Below are positions 1-9,655 of a DNA stretch of 64,000 nt, in pieces (position 1 is the stretch's first letter; each line of letters begins with the position of its first letter). Location of the stretch: the IMG/VR virus record IMGVR_UViG_3300026549_000062, positions 1-64,000 of that record; one strand, written 5' to 3'. Source of the stretch: a virus. Its lineage: Duplodnaviria; Caudoviricetes. The notes below the pieces were generated by a model. The model was not told the origin of the DNA. It searched no databases and worked only from the letters and a program-made list of their open reading frames with translations. A program made the translations under genes and the position numbers.

Positions 1-61
1 AGAAGCTGTAGATAATATTAGAAAAAATATCCCATTGCTATAAGAGGAGGAGAATCAATAT

Positions 62-853
62 ATGCAACCTATTTTAGAGATTCCGATAGACTATGATAAA
101 CTACTATATGCATTACAACTTGCTAAGATGAATAAAACAGAGTATTCTGTAATACCAAGATTATTGTGCGGGGACTATAGAATTTATGGAGAATCATTTG
201 ATTCCATAGCAACTCTATCTAGAAACCCAGAAATGGATATTGTAAACTTTATGGAATTATGGTCAGATGAAACATATCTAGAATCTATAATCTTCATGAC
301 TAAAGATATTAATCTATTTATAAGACTTATGCAAGATAATAAGATTAAAGAGTGTTATCTTGGATATAGACAATATGTTGTAAATGGTAAAAATGTAGGA
401 ATTGGAGTATATATAACTGCTAAACAACAAGTAGAATATAAATCTGCTCAAGGAACTGTTAAGTGTATTCCAAATATTCAGTTAACTCCATATGGCTATA
501 ATATAGAAAATAGGGTTAGAGATATTATAACCTTATTTGATAATTGTAAGTTTAAGAGTCCTGTATATGAAATAGATGATGATGAAGACTTCTTAAATAT
601 ACAGGATATGAAAGCAACAGATGGTGCTAGACTATGGGTTCCAAATCCAGATAAATATCCAGAGATAAGAAATGAATTAGTATATCTTTCTAAGGTTATG
701 TTTCCAGTAGCTAAGAGAGATAAAGTATATGTGAATATAGCTAATAATATCCCTGGGTATAATAGTAGGTATTTTATGGCTAACTTTACTGTAGAGAAAA
801 AGAGCAAGCATAGAATACTCAGTTATTACATCATTGGAGCATATTTAAATTAA
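62..853 (+). CDS. Hypothetical protein (possible divergent sliding-clamp fold)
   Basis: 263 aa ORF with GAGGAG RBS at ~45-50, followed by a terminator hairpin; no catalytic motif; alpha/beta pattern loosely resembles T4 gp45. Confidence 0.75.
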   Translation: MQPILEIPIDYDKLLYALQLAKMNKTEYSVIPRLLCGDYRIYGESFDSIATLSRNPEMDIVNFMELWSDETYLESIIFMTKDINLFIRLMQDNKIKECYLGYRQYVVNGKNVGIGVYITAKQQVEYKSAQGTVKCIPNIQLTPYGYNIENRVRDIITLFDNCKFKSPVYEIDDDEDFLNIQDMKATDGARLWVPNPDKYPEIRNELVYLSKVMFPVAKRDKVYVNIANNIPGYNSRYFMANFTVEKKSKHRILSYYIIGAYLN

Positions 854-864
854 CCAATATTACT

Positions 865-901
865 ATCCCTAGCCTGATTATAGGCTAGGGATGTATTTTT
901 T
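865..901 (+). terminator. Intrinsic terminator
   Basis: ATCCCTAGCCT-gattat-AGGCTAGGGAT hairpin followed by a T run. Confidence 0.8.
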
Positions 902-902
902 A

Positions 903-941
903 TGTAAAAATCGATATTTTTAATGACGTAATATAGCAGTG
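903..941 (+). promoter_or_regulatory. Early-type phage promoter (TGACGTAATATAG variant)
   Basis: TGTAAAA...TTTTTAATGACGTAATATAGCAGTG; 31 nt identical to 14598-14628; sits between a terminator and a small gene. Confidence 0.7.
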
Positions 942-989
942 AAGAAGGGATAATTTATAACTGCGTGTTACCATAAGGAGGTAAACATC

Positions 990-1238
990 ATGTTTGAAAT
1001 CGTTGCTATCGCTGCTTCCGTCATCGCTCTCGCTTTCATCTTCGTTGTTCCGTTCTACACGGAGAAAAAGGGCAAAGAAGAAAAGGCACGCAAAGAAGCA
1101 GAAGAAAAACGAATCGCAAAAGCTCATGAAGACTTCGAAAGAGATATGGACAAATTAGTTGGCAATCTCTGCGAAGACTTCGCCAAAATGATGATCCAAG
1201 TACCGTTCGAGATTGCAAAGGAGGAATCCAAGCACTAA
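990..1238 (+). CDS. Small early membrane-anchored protein
   Basis: AAGGAGG RBS, N-terminal hydrophobic helix, charged coiled tail; own promoter and terminator (1254-1290). Confidence 0.8.
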   Translation: MFEIVAIAASVIALAFIFVVPFYTEKKGKEEKARKEAEEKRIAKAHEDFERDMDKLVGNLCEDFAKMMIQVPFEIAKEESKH

Positions 1239-1291
1239 TCTCGAACGGAACAGAAAATGGGGAACGACATTTGGTCGTTCCCCATTTTTTC

Positions 1292-1303
1292 CACATTTAG
1301 ATA
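1292..1303 (+). promoter_or_regulatory. Late-type promoter (VACA-N6-TA)
   Basis: CACATTTAGATA upstream of a structural gene; same motif at 15 other late genes or transcripts. Confidence 0.6.
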
Positions 1304-1329
1304 ATGATTGATATAAGGAGGTTATTTTT

Positions 1330-2097
1330 ATGACTATGGCAAATGAGATGACTCTATTACTAAATAAGATAGAGCATCGCTTAGGAACTCAGTCTTTAAA
1401 CTTGCCAGAGAATATGTCTAAAGATCATTGGGCTAAAGACGTTATATGTAAAGAAACGTTAGATACATTCTCTCGTTATTTTCCTAATAAGATTCCTTAT
1501 GTTTTAGGGCCCGAAAATAAAAAGAATGATTATTATCTTATAGACGAATCTATATGTGAAAACGTTACTATACTAGGAGCTGGAGATATAGATTGGCACG
1601 CATGGTCTGCACACTATCCTGGATTGTTATATGGTGGTGTAAATTCATATGATATGATGACAAGTGGTGTAGACTTTGAGACATTAGTAGATGTACAGAT
1701 GATGGCTGACCATGTATCTGCATTTTCTAATGGTATCTATGTAGAATTTATACCTCCTAATAAGATTAAACTCAATATAGTAATAGCATCTTCATTCTTA
1801 ACAAACTTCCAAAGAATTCCTATACATCTTTTTGTAAAACATGCTGATAATTTAAAAACTATAGAACCTACTAAAATGGAAGTATTTGAGAGATTAGCAA
1901 CAGATGATGTTGCAGTATTCTTATACGAACAATTAAAGATGTATGATAATCTAGAAACTGCATATGCTAATATTGATCTTAAACTTGCATCTCTAGAAGA
2001 GAAAGCAAGAGATAGACAAGCATGTATAGATTTCATGGAGAATAACTTTGTTAGTGCTGCTAATAAGAATCAGCCTGTTATGATTACTATAAACTAA
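1330..2097 (+). CDS. Neck / head-tail adaptor protein, T4 gp13-like
   Basis: N-terminal LNKIEHRLGTQSLNL...TLDTFSRYFP and C-terminal FERLATDDVAVFLYEQL...LEEKARDR parallel gp13 (ILRRLGAP...YATALAKE...LIEEA); late promoter. Confidence 0.6.
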   Translation: MTMANEMTLLLNKIEHRLGTQSLNLPENMSKDHWAKDVICKETLDTFSRYFPNKIPYVLGPENKKNDYYLIDESICENVTILGAGDIDWHAWSAHYPGLLYGGVNSYDMMTSGVDFETLVDVQMMADHVSAFSNGIYVEFIPPNKIKLNIVIASSFLTNFQRIPIHLFVKHADNLKTIEPTKMEVFERLATDDVAVFLYEQLKMYDNLETAYANIDLKLASLEEKARDRQACIDFMENNFVSAANKNQPVMITIN

Positions 2098-2112
2098 AAA
2101 TAAAAATAATAT

Positions 2113-2137
2113 GGGGATGGAGATATTCTCCATCCCC
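2113..2137. terminator. Bidirectional terminator between convergent genes
   Basis: GGGGATGGAGA-tat-TCTCCATCCCC. Confidence 0.75.
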
Positions 2138-2187
2138 TATTAAATAAGAGACAAATACAGGAATTAAAAGGAATTAACCCATATTAC

Positions 2188-2988
2188 TTATTTGTTAGGT
2201 TTAAAAAGTCTTATAGTTTCTATTGTCTTATTTAGAGAAAGTTTTGTTTTTAAAATATTTTCACCAAGAGATTTTTTAACTATAAGAGAATTTGGAATAG
2301 GAGGATTATTTATAAAATTATAGTTATAAAATATATCTTTCATAAATTCATACATTCCGTTCATCTGAGACAATAATTCTATTTGTGATATATTTTTATT
2401 ATATAAATAATTAATAACAATCATATCATCATAATATAATAATCTGTCTCTTAATATTTGGAATGTAGAATATTTCCTATCCAGTTTTGTTCTTGCTTTG
2501 TTATTTGAAGTAGAAATAGTACCACATATACGATTATGAGCTTCTTCATAAGTAGAATATGGACCATAAATATTAGATTTTAAATCTATACCTTTATTAC
2601 TATTATAAACTTCGGATGCATTTGCATAATTTATAATATATACCTCTGATCTTATTTTTACCAAAGGAACAACATGACCGTATACAATTTGATCATTAGT
2701 TTTCCTTATTTTATCTTCAAATTGAGGAAGTATGTTTATAAATGAGAATGATATATCATAATCTAACATTCTACATTTAAAATAAGTAACAATACAATAT
2801 GTAAATATAGCAAAATCTAAACAATTTCCTTCTTTTACTTTTAAAAGCATATCTGGCCAACAGACCAGTTTAGAATTAGATATTGGATTATTTACATATC
2901 TAAAATTTTGATCAAAATATTTTATCCATTTAAATGGATTTTCCATTCCTTTATAACTGCAAAAATTATCGAAACTAGAAAATTTCAT
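2188..2988 (-). CDS. Transglutaminase-like (papain-fold) protein, paralog 1
   Basis: WPDMLLKVKEGNCLDFA (Cys) and YGHVVPLV (His); start moved to ATG 2988 behind an AAGGAG RBS; paralogs at 35218 and 37337. Confidence 0.65.
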   Translation of the reverse strand: MKFSSFDNFCSYKGMENPFKWIKYFDQNFRYVNNPISNSKLVCWPDMLLKVKEGNCLDFAIFTYCIVTYFKCRMLDYDISFSFINILPQFEDKIRKTNDQIVYGHVVPLVKIRSEVYIINYANASEVYNSNKGIDLKSNIYGPYSTYEEAHNRICGTISTSNNKARTKLDRKYSTFQILRDRLLYYDDMIVINYLYNKNISQIELLSQMNGMYEFMKDIFYNYNFINNPPIPNSLIVKKSLGENILKTKLSLNKTIETIRLFKPNK

Positions 2989-3014
2989 TTTTTTAATTAC
3001 TCCTTTGAATATTA

Positions 3015-3449
3015 TCATCCAAACAAGCAATTGATTGGGTCTATTCCATTTTCTAACTCTATTTGTTTCCTATATATGTCTCTTACTAAATTGTAAGGAT
3101 AATTTTTATAATTATCTTTAAATGCCTTTTTATAAAATTCTGATGCTTTTATTCCAAAATTATCGCTTAGATAAAATTTTATTTGTTTTTTATTTTTTAC
3201 AATCTCTTTATAATATTTTCTTTCTTTATCTGTTTCACAATCTCCATATTCTATTGTGTTATTTTTACACATATCATTTAAAAATCTCATTTCATTATTA
3301 AATACATAATCTCTATCTATAAAATTTGTTTTTACAAGAAATTCTGATATATCTCTTCTTATATTATCTTTAAAATAATCTTTTAAAAGACAAAGATATT
3401 TTATGATATATTCTGTTCTTTCATTTTCCATATCAAATACATTTATCAT
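3015..3449 (-). CDS. Small helical partner protein of the TGase-like module, paralog 1
   Basis: FYKKAFKDNYKNYPYNLV motif shared with 34750 and 36870; always directly upstream of the TGase-like gene. Confidence 0.75.
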   Translation of the reverse strand: MINVFDMENERTEYIIKYLCLLKDYFKDNIRRDISEFLVKTNFIDRDYVFNNEMRFLNDMCKNNTIEYGDCETDKERKYYKEIVKNKKQIKFYLSDNFGIKASEFYKKAFKDNYKNYPYNLVRDIYRKQIELENGIDPINCLFG

Positions 3450-3504
3450 ATTTAAAATACCTCCTTAAAATTTTTATGGTGTAGACTATATAGTCTACAC
3501 CATG

Positions 3505-4287
3505 TTATTTTTTCTTATTATTCTTTGTAAAGAATCCTTGTTTAGAATTGCTTCTATCTAGTTGTAATGGAGTTGGACTTTCGTATTTAAAGTTGGATAT
3601 ATCAGATACAATTTGACCAGTTCCCATATCATATAGATTACAACCCATCATGTCATTACACATATATGAATTTAGCATACTAGATGCATAAGTATGAATA
3701 TCAAATAATCTAATGAATCTTATTAATCCATATAATTCATTAAATCTCATTACGCTCATTGTATTTACATTTCCATTCATATATACTTCAATACAACCTT
3801 CTAGATCGTCATTATATAATTTATGGACTCCTGGTCTTAATATCAAATAATTCTTATCTGATATATTTATCATGAAAGTCATCTTCTCTAATGTAAGATC
3901 TTTGGTTTCATTTATATATACTTTATTATTCTCTCTTCTTACAAATAATTCAGATTGATTAGAGAGAAACCATTCTAATTTAGGTATCATAGCATATCTT
4001 AGAAACTCTAATTCTTTTGATCTTAAACTCATAAATTCTTTTGTTGAAGATGATCTTATATTTTCTAACGTTATAAATGCATCTATGTGACGAGTTAGTT
4101 TTCTTGTAAAATATCCTGCTTTGTCTATGTATTGAACTTCTTTATAGAAGAATCTTCTATCATTATATCTCTCTGATATGGTATATAACATTACATTCAT
4201 ATTCATCACCATATTAGAACCGAGGTACATAATAAAATCTGTTAATTTACCATATACTGCTCTTTCTCCTATTTTCTCGTTATCCAT
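3505..4287 (-). CDS. Hypothetical protein
   Basis: 260 aa ORF with GAGGAG RBS; downstream terminator at 3477-3503. Confidence 0.8.
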   Translation of the reverse strand: MDNEKIGERAVYGKLTDFIMYLGSNMVMNMNVMLYTISERYNDRRFFYKEVQYIDKAGYFTRKLTRHIDAFITLENIRSSSTKEFMSLRSKELEFLRYAMIPKLEWFLSNQSELFVRRENNKVYINETKDLTLEKMTFMINISDKNYLILRPGVHKLYNDDLEGCIEVYMNGNVNTMSVMRFNELYGLIRFIRLFDIHTYASSMLNSYMCNDMMGCNLYDMGTGQIVSDISNFKYESPTPLQLDRSNSKQGFFTKNNKKK

Positions 4288-4341
4288 AACTACTCCTCTT
4301 AAAAAAGACTTTATACCTGTTAGTATAAAGTCTTCACAATA

Positions 4342-5823
4342 TTACGACTCTACTACAGAGTCATAAGAGAAACCATAAAACTGAGGATCTTCATCTACAT
4401 CTTTTGCTGTAGATACTGGAATGCTAGACCCTGTTGGTTGAATGGTTGGTTGTACCATAGTATTTTGTACCTGGTTAGACTGTTTGATTAGATTGTTCAT
4501 ATAGATTTCAAAATCGCATTCTGGACACTTAGGACTCATATATGTATCAGCAATATCACCTGGATCAAGATATATTGTCTTTCCAAATGTTTTCTTATAA
4601 TACTCAATTGCTTCTTCTGGATTACATACATGAATCTCTAGATTATAAGATGTGAGATAGAATACGTTTTTGAATCTACTATATAAACCAAAGCAGCTAC
4701 CATCCAGAAAGAATGGTTTACTTAATACCATCTTAGTTTGTCTATCAAGGACTTCTGGACAATATGTATTTAATTGTAAGATTGTATAATAGATTCTTTT
4801 CAAAGTAAGTATCTCAATATCTTCATCATAGTTATCCAAGAAATCCAGAGAATTCTTATCTACATGATCAATGATAATTTCTCTAATCTTACCAGTTAGA
4901 TCTGCTTGATTTATTTCCCCTATAAGTTCAGTAATAGTCTTTTGTTCCCCAAGTCTAAACTGAACTGCTGGAATTACATCAAGTGTATTTGTATCTACTT
5001 GTTTATTGAATAAGGTAAACATGTTTGGACCATAGATCTTATATAGTTTATAAGTTAGCACTTCCTTTCTTTTAAATATCTCTTTGAATCTATTTACTAC
5101 ATCGAGATTGTTCTTAAGAGATGGAATTTCTATACCATTTCTTTTTATGGTATCTGCATACATACTTGCTTCTTTCTCTGCATTTCTGATTGTAGATAAC
5201 AGAATATCTGGATTTATGAGAGATGCTACAAACCACATATGTGGATAATTCACTATCATATTTCCAGCATTGATCTCGAAGTCAGACATATGATTTTGGA
5301 AATACTCTTCATCAATCTTAGGATTCATATTATGAATTCTTCTAACTAAGATATTAGAAGTATTCCAATAGGATATATCTTCACTAAGTACACATGTTTT
5401 CTTAATATTGATATGATTTGTAATATTATATTTTATTTCTTCTTCACTAGGAAGCTTGAATGACTTCTTTTTATCAATTAATTTTCCTTTCTCTGTATTT
5501 CCTCTTGCCCAATTCATAATTACTCTAAGTAAGTGAGTAAGAGACATTCCTTCTGTAATTCTTAATTGGCTTCTTGTTGGGATATAATCGAATACTTCAG
5601 TTTTATCCAATAGCTCAATTGGTGTTTCCTTTAATAATCCAATACTATCTATTGTTTTGGTATATCCGATATTTCCAAACAACATACTGAGATATTGGAT
5701 TTCTGTTAGTGGTTCTATACCATTTACGATATTACCACTTTCATAATACATTAGTCTATCATAACTAATTATGTTTCTTTTTACTCCACCAATTATGATT
5801 GTTTGATACTCTTTCATTTTCAT
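4342..5823 (-). CDS. Hypothetical protein (~490 aa)
   Basis: Long ORF; GAGGAG RBS points to ATG 5823; early-type promoter immediately upstream (5832-5870). Confidence 0.8.
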   Translation of the reverse strand: MKMKEYQTIIIGGVKRNIISYDRLMYYESGNIVNGIEPLTEIQYLSMLFGNIGYTKTIDSIGLLKETPIELLDKTEVFDYIPTRSQLRITEGMSLTHLLRVIMNWARGNTEKGKLIDKKKSFKLPSEEEIKYNITNHINIKKTCVLSEDISYWNTSNILVRRIHNMNPKIDEEYFQNHMSDFEINAGNMIVNYPHMWFVASLINPDILLSTIRNAEKEASMYADTIKRNGIEIPSLKNNLDVVNRFKEIFKRKEVLTYKLYKIYGPNMFTLFNKQVDTNTLDVIPAVQFRLGEQKTITELIGEINQADLTGKIREIIIDHVDKNSLDFLDNYDEDIEILTLKRIYYTILQLNTYCPEVLDRQTKMVLSKPFFLDGSCFGLYSRFKNVFYLTSYNLEIHVCNPEEAIEYYKKTFGKTIYLDPGDIADTYMSPKCPECDFEIYMNNLIKQSNQVQNTMVQPTIQPTGSSIPVSTAKDVDEDPQFYGFSYDSVVES

Positions 5824-5908
5824 CAACTCCTCATTACTATAGTATATCATTCAAACAAAATTTATAGAGGATAGGGAAATTCCCTATCCTCTTTTAAAGT
5901 CATTTATT

Positions 5909-6154
5909 TTAGGTTATATTGATAATTAAATCTTTATATTCTAATCCTACGTCTATAGATACTCCAGCACCAGTTTCATTCTTAAACCATACTGCTTTAA
6001 TACCATATTGGCGTAGTTTGTTTATAGCATCTGTATCAAGATTATCTTTATCTTTAACACAATATGCTTTACTAAACATTATAGCTTTATTAATATCATT
6101 TTCATCTTTGGTCTCATAAGCGTGTTTTATGATACTTGCTATTTGTTCTTCCAT
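5909..6154 (-). CDS. Small hypothetical protein
   Basis: 81 aa, translationally coupled downstream of the DNA polymerase gene. Confidence 0.7.
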   Translation of the reverse strand: MEEQIASIIKHAYETKDENDINKAIMFSKAYCVKDKDNLDTDAINKLRQYGIKAVWFKNETGAGVSIDVGLEYKDLIINIT

Positions 6155-6155
6155 A

Positions 6156-8255
6156 TTAGAACCTCATAATATTGGTATGAGTAATATTCTTACTTTCCAT
6201 CTTACTAATACCAATCTCTTCTAGCGGGAAATTCTTCAGATTATCATGAATAATTGTAATATAATCAATAAACGGAACAATCCAGTCTGGAATCTCTATA
6301 TCTGTTGGAATTGCAATAGATTCAATAGATCCTCCAAATTCTTTTGTATCTAATAACTTTCTGAGTCTGATATAATGCTGTGGAAATTTATCCATAATCT
6401 TATTACAGTTCTTCTTATTAATAACTGTTTTAATGATCAACACAGTATTTCTTTCTTCAAGATCAATATTCTCTTCTTGTGGAGATCTAATATTGTTATA
6501 AGCAATAGCTGCTTTAACGCCTTGAATTCTCATAGGATTATCATAGAATGATTGAGATTTAATTCTTGCTGGTTTGTGATATTCTTTCTTCTTATCGTGA
6601 ATAGATTTATAGATTCTCTTTTCAAGAGCAGCAAATTTCTTAATGATATCTACCTGATCTACAAAGCTATTTCTAAGAATATCATATTCAAGAATATCTG
6701 TTAATGCTTTAGTAGTAGACTCTGGCATACCTACTTTTCTTAATGGTAAACCTTTAATATCTAATTGCTTATCTTCTGGAACTATATTACCTTCTTGAAC
6801 TAATTGAAGATCTGCATAGTTCTTACGACTCTTAGTAAGTAATAGAGATTTAAACATGAATTCATTCTTCATGATTAGTAAACAATCTCTATCATCTGAA
6901 TAAGTATTATAGTTTTCACTAAATAGTACCATATAATCCAAGATAAGCTGAGATACTACATAGCTCATTATATCTACAATACTATATCTAAGATTATCCT
7001 CTTCAATAATAACAGCAGGGTGTCTTAATCTCTTTTTTTCTACTAATTTATCGTTATAGAAATCATATTCAGTTTCTCCTTCTGTCTTAGAAGTTTCTAC
7101 AACGATCTTATCAGCAGCTTCTTTAATCTCAGCTTTAGTATACTTGATATTCATAGGAATACCAATGGTCTTAGCTAATACAAATCTATACCATTCATCA
7201 AGAGATACAATACAACTATCTGTATCTGTGATAAGTACAACATCTCTTGTCATGGTATTAACACGTTCAAGTTTATCAATATATAGATGACGATAATATA
7301 CATATTCAAACATGAGATCTTTCAACATTACAAGATCATCTTTAATCTCTTCTGGTGGTTTGTTTGGATTAAGAAATGGTTCTTTAAGAGCTACAAGAAT
7401 CTTAAGTATAAGATTAGTAACTCTCTTATTCTCACAGAACTTATAAAGATTATTCTTATAATATAATACGTTTATACATCTTTGATCGAGATTATTAATA
7501 GTATTCCAAATGATATCTCTATCTCTATCAGATGGAACCCAGGAGTTATATCCACATTCTTCCATTACTTTAAGAAAGCATTCTTCAATACTAATATTAC
7601 GATCTAATACATCCCAATCATTGAACTTATGCATATTATCTTTAGTTTGATCCATACAAATATTTTCAATGAAAGTTAGTACTTCTGTAAGAGATCCAAA
7701 TTTAACGTTATTAGCCAAGAATGATTCAAACATTGTAATCGAAGCAGAGATACATCCTCTACCTTGTCCAGTTACTGCTGTACAAAGATAGAGGTTATAA
7801 AAGATAGAACTCCAATGGCCAGCACAACCATACAATGCATTACAAGATACCTTATAATTCAATTGCTGCAGATTGTATTTGTTAAACATTTCGGAACCTT
7901 TTGGATATTGCTTCATTTTATTCTTAGCTTCTGTTCTCTTATCCAATAGATACTGAATGAAATTATAGAACGGATTTTTTACAGTTCCATGTCTAGCAAA
8001 CAATACTCCTTGTGTAGTGATAATTGCTTTATTGTTTAATAATTCATTAGCAAGAGATAATACGTCCATATCTGCTACACGATTAGTATAGTTATTATGA
8101 ACTTTAAGTGGTTCTTTTCTATATCTCTTAGAGATACTATATTTGATAACTTCGTCTAATTCCATTGGTTTTAGTCTTGGATATATCCTGCTTAGGATGT
8201 TATACATCATAGAATAGTAGTTATCAATCAATTTTCCTTCTGGAACGTTCTCCAT
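6156..8255 (-). CDS. polB: Family B DNA polymerase, C-terminal (fingers/palm/thumb) subunit of a split enzyme
   Basis: Motif B QQLNYKVSCNALYG, motif C ITDTDS, KSRKNY and DIKGL; no exonuclease motifs or DxxSLYP motif A recognised. Confidence 0.9.
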   Translation of the reverse strand: MENVPEGKLIDNYYSMMYNILSRIYPRLKPMELDEVIKYSISKRYRKEPLKVHNNYTNRVADMDVLSLANELLNNKAIITTQGVLFARHGTVKNPFYNFIQYLLDKRTEAKNKMKQYPKGSEMFNKYNLQQLNYKVSCNALYGCAGHWSSIFYNLYLCTAVTGQGRGCISASITMFESFLANNVKFGSLTEVLTFIENICMDQTKDNMHKFNDWDVLDRNISIEECFLKVMEECGYNSWVPSDRDRDIIWNTINNLDQRCINVLYYKNNLYKFCENKRVTNLILKILVALKEPFLNPNKPPEEIKDDLVMLKDLMFEYVYYRHLYIDKLERVNTMTRDVVLITDTDSCIVSLDEWYRFVLAKTIGIPMNIKYTKAEIKEAADKIVVETSKTEGETEYDFYNDKLVEKKRLRHPAVIIEEDNLRYSIVDIMSYVVSQLILDYMVLFSENYNTYSDDRDCLLIMKNEFMFKSLLLTKSRKNYADLQLVQEGNIVPEDKQLDIKGLPLRKVGMPESTTKALTDILEYDILRNSFVDQVDIIKKFAALEKRIYKSIHDKKKEYHKPARIKSQSFYDNPMRIQGVKAAIAYNNIRSPQEENIDLEERNTVLIIKTVINKKNCNKIMDKFPQHYIRLRKLLDTKEFGGSIESIAIPTDIEIPDWIVPFIDYITIIHDNLKNFPLEEIGISKMESKNITHTNIMRF

Positions 8256-8273
8256 TTTCTTGCCTCCATAACT

Positions 8274-8420
8274 TCAATTCTTTTTCCCTAGTATATGGTT
8301 AATAGCTTCTTTAATGGTTATATTTTCTTTATCTAATATCATCATTAGTATGCAAAGACCAGTAGCTCCCAAAATAGCTATAAGTTCAAATATAATTAAT
8401 AATGCTATAAAACTTTCCAT
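8274..8420 (-). CDS. Small membrane protein (48 aa; below ORF-track cutoff)
   Basis: MESFIALLIIFELIAILGATGLCILMMILDK...; GAGGT RBS; fills the gap in the polB operon. Confidence 0.65.
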   Translation of the reverse strand: MESFIALLIIFELIAILGATGLCILMMILDKENITIKEAINHILGKKN

Positions 8421-8438
8421 TTTACCTCAACTCTTTTA

Positions 8439-8651
8439 TTATTCTAAATCAATTAATGATGGGTTTCCAATTACCATGTTTGATAATTCAATAAATGCAA
8501 TATCGTCTTCTATATTAAATTGTTTAATCCCTTCAACGGTTCTATAGCATCCTTTTCTATAATCTTCTTTAGTTGCTTCATACTCTGAAACACATAATTC
8601 AATATCATCTGGAAGTTTGTCTAGTTCTTCTTTAAATTCTTTTACTGTCAT
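8439..8651 (-). CDS. Small hypothetical phage protein (MTVKEFKEELDKLPDD type)
   Basis: AGGAGGAG RBS; first gene after the minus-strand early promoter at ~8692-8720. Confidence 0.75.
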   Translation of the reverse strand: MTVKEFKEELDKLPDDIELCVSEYEATKEDYRKGCYRTVEGIKQFNIEDDIAFIELSNMVIGNPSLIDLE

Positions 8652-8812
8652 GATACTGTCTCCTCCTATATAGAGCCATTATACTTCTCATAATAATAGT
8701 ATGTAACCATTAAATATTTTAATGGTATCTTATTGTCAGTCGAAAATGCTATTCTTAAACATAACAATAATAGCTTAAGCTTAATTTTAAATCCTATATA
8801 GGAGGTATCATT

Positions 8813-9292
8813 ATGTATTTTAGAGATAATAATGCAAAAGATCAGGATATCATGGCAGAAGAAACCGAGAATATCTTTGATGAATCAGAGGAAACAGAAG
8901 GCGATGGTATCCAGGATGACAATGCACTTCTTGAAACATTCCTTGTTGATCAGGTTTCAAATATGAGTGATGCTGATAGAAAAGCATATCTTGAATCAGA
9001 TGAATTCAATGCTCTTGTTGAAGCAGGTGTTGTTGGCCGTCGTTCAATTGTTCGTATGAATAAGCAGGATGATCTTCAGAGACGTATCCATCTTGCTTCA
9101 ATCCAGAAAGCAAGAGAAGTCGGCGATGCAGATTGGGAAGCTCTTCGTAAGAATCGTATTAATGAGCGTAGACTCCTTAATAAGATTTATATGAAGTATT
9201 CTAATCGTGTTCGTAGAGATGCAGTCCAGAGTCAGAAGCGTATCATAAAGCTTTCTCCAAGGGCATTTGATGTAACTAGAGCAGTTCGTTAA
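8813..9292 (+). CDS. Putative inner-head protein (acidic propeptide, basic C-terminus)
   Basis: Late motif AACATAACAATA at 8758; acidic N-half with LLE/LVE sites; Arg/Lys-rich C-half. Confidence 0.55.
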   Translation: MYFRDNNAKDQDIMAEETENIFDESEETEGDGIQDDNALLETFLVDQVSNMSDADRKAYLESDEFNALVEAGVVGRRSIVRMNKQDDLQRRIHLASIQKAREVGDADWEALRKNRINERRLLNKIYMKYSNRVRRDAVQSQKRIIKLSPRAFDVTRAVR

Positions 9293-9311
9293 TATTTACT
9301 TTTAAATATTG

Positions 9312-9338
9312 CAGGGTAGGTCATTTTGACCTACCCTG
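9312..9338 (+). terminator. Intrinsic terminator
   Basis: CAGGGTAGGTCA-ttt-TGACCTACCCTG. Confidence 0.8.
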
Positions 9339-9346
9339 TTTATTTG

Positions 9347-9385
9347 TGTAAAAGTATTTATTTTCATTTACATACTATAGAGGTG
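9347..9385 (+). promoter_or_regulatory. Early-type phage promoter
   Basis: TGTAAAA-N13-TTTACATACTATAGAGGTG. Confidence 0.75.
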
Positions 9386-9620
9386 ATGAATGAGAAAAGA
9401 TGTATGACTATAGCATACATTCTGCGAAAGCAGTATCTCATCAGAGTGGAGAAAATTCCTTACCCCGTCGCGCCACTCTGATGAGACATGTTTCTCATTC
9501 TGAAAGTAGGAAAGGCGACAAAGGGGCACGTACGTGGAACAAGATGTGAAGCGTACAGATCAGGTGCAAATCCTGATTGAAAGTATAAACAAGCGGAGAA
9601 GGATTCTCGCTTGTTTTTCC
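9381..9620 (+). ncRNA. Structured ncRNA A (4-way junction, pseudoknot, T-loop hairpin, terminator)
   Basis: Own early promoter and terminator; stems 9388-9397/9491-9500 (10 bp) and 9436-9449/9473-9486 (14 bp); CTGC-GAAA-GCAG; ATCAGG-TGCAAAT-CCTGAT; no well-spaced RBS/ORF. Confidence 0.7.
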
Positions 9621-9655
9621 TTTATTCAATATTTTTTTCGTTTACATACTATTAT

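Noticed and set aside
9478-9506. Hammerhead ribozyme core (CTGATGAG...GAAA) in ncRNA A
   Set aside because: GAAA does not directly follow a stem II, CTGATGAG is needed for the perfect 14 bp helix, and no stem III/NUH site is evident
9548-9570. Similarity to the pistol ribozyme 3' end (AAGCGT...ATCAGGTGCAA)
   Set aside because: The P3 partner strand, the upstream TTGC for P2 and the P1 loop pseudoknot are absent
9559-9577. tRNA or tmRNA gene
   Set aside because: Only an isolated T-loop hairpin; no acceptor stem, D/anticodon arms, CCA or tag reading frame
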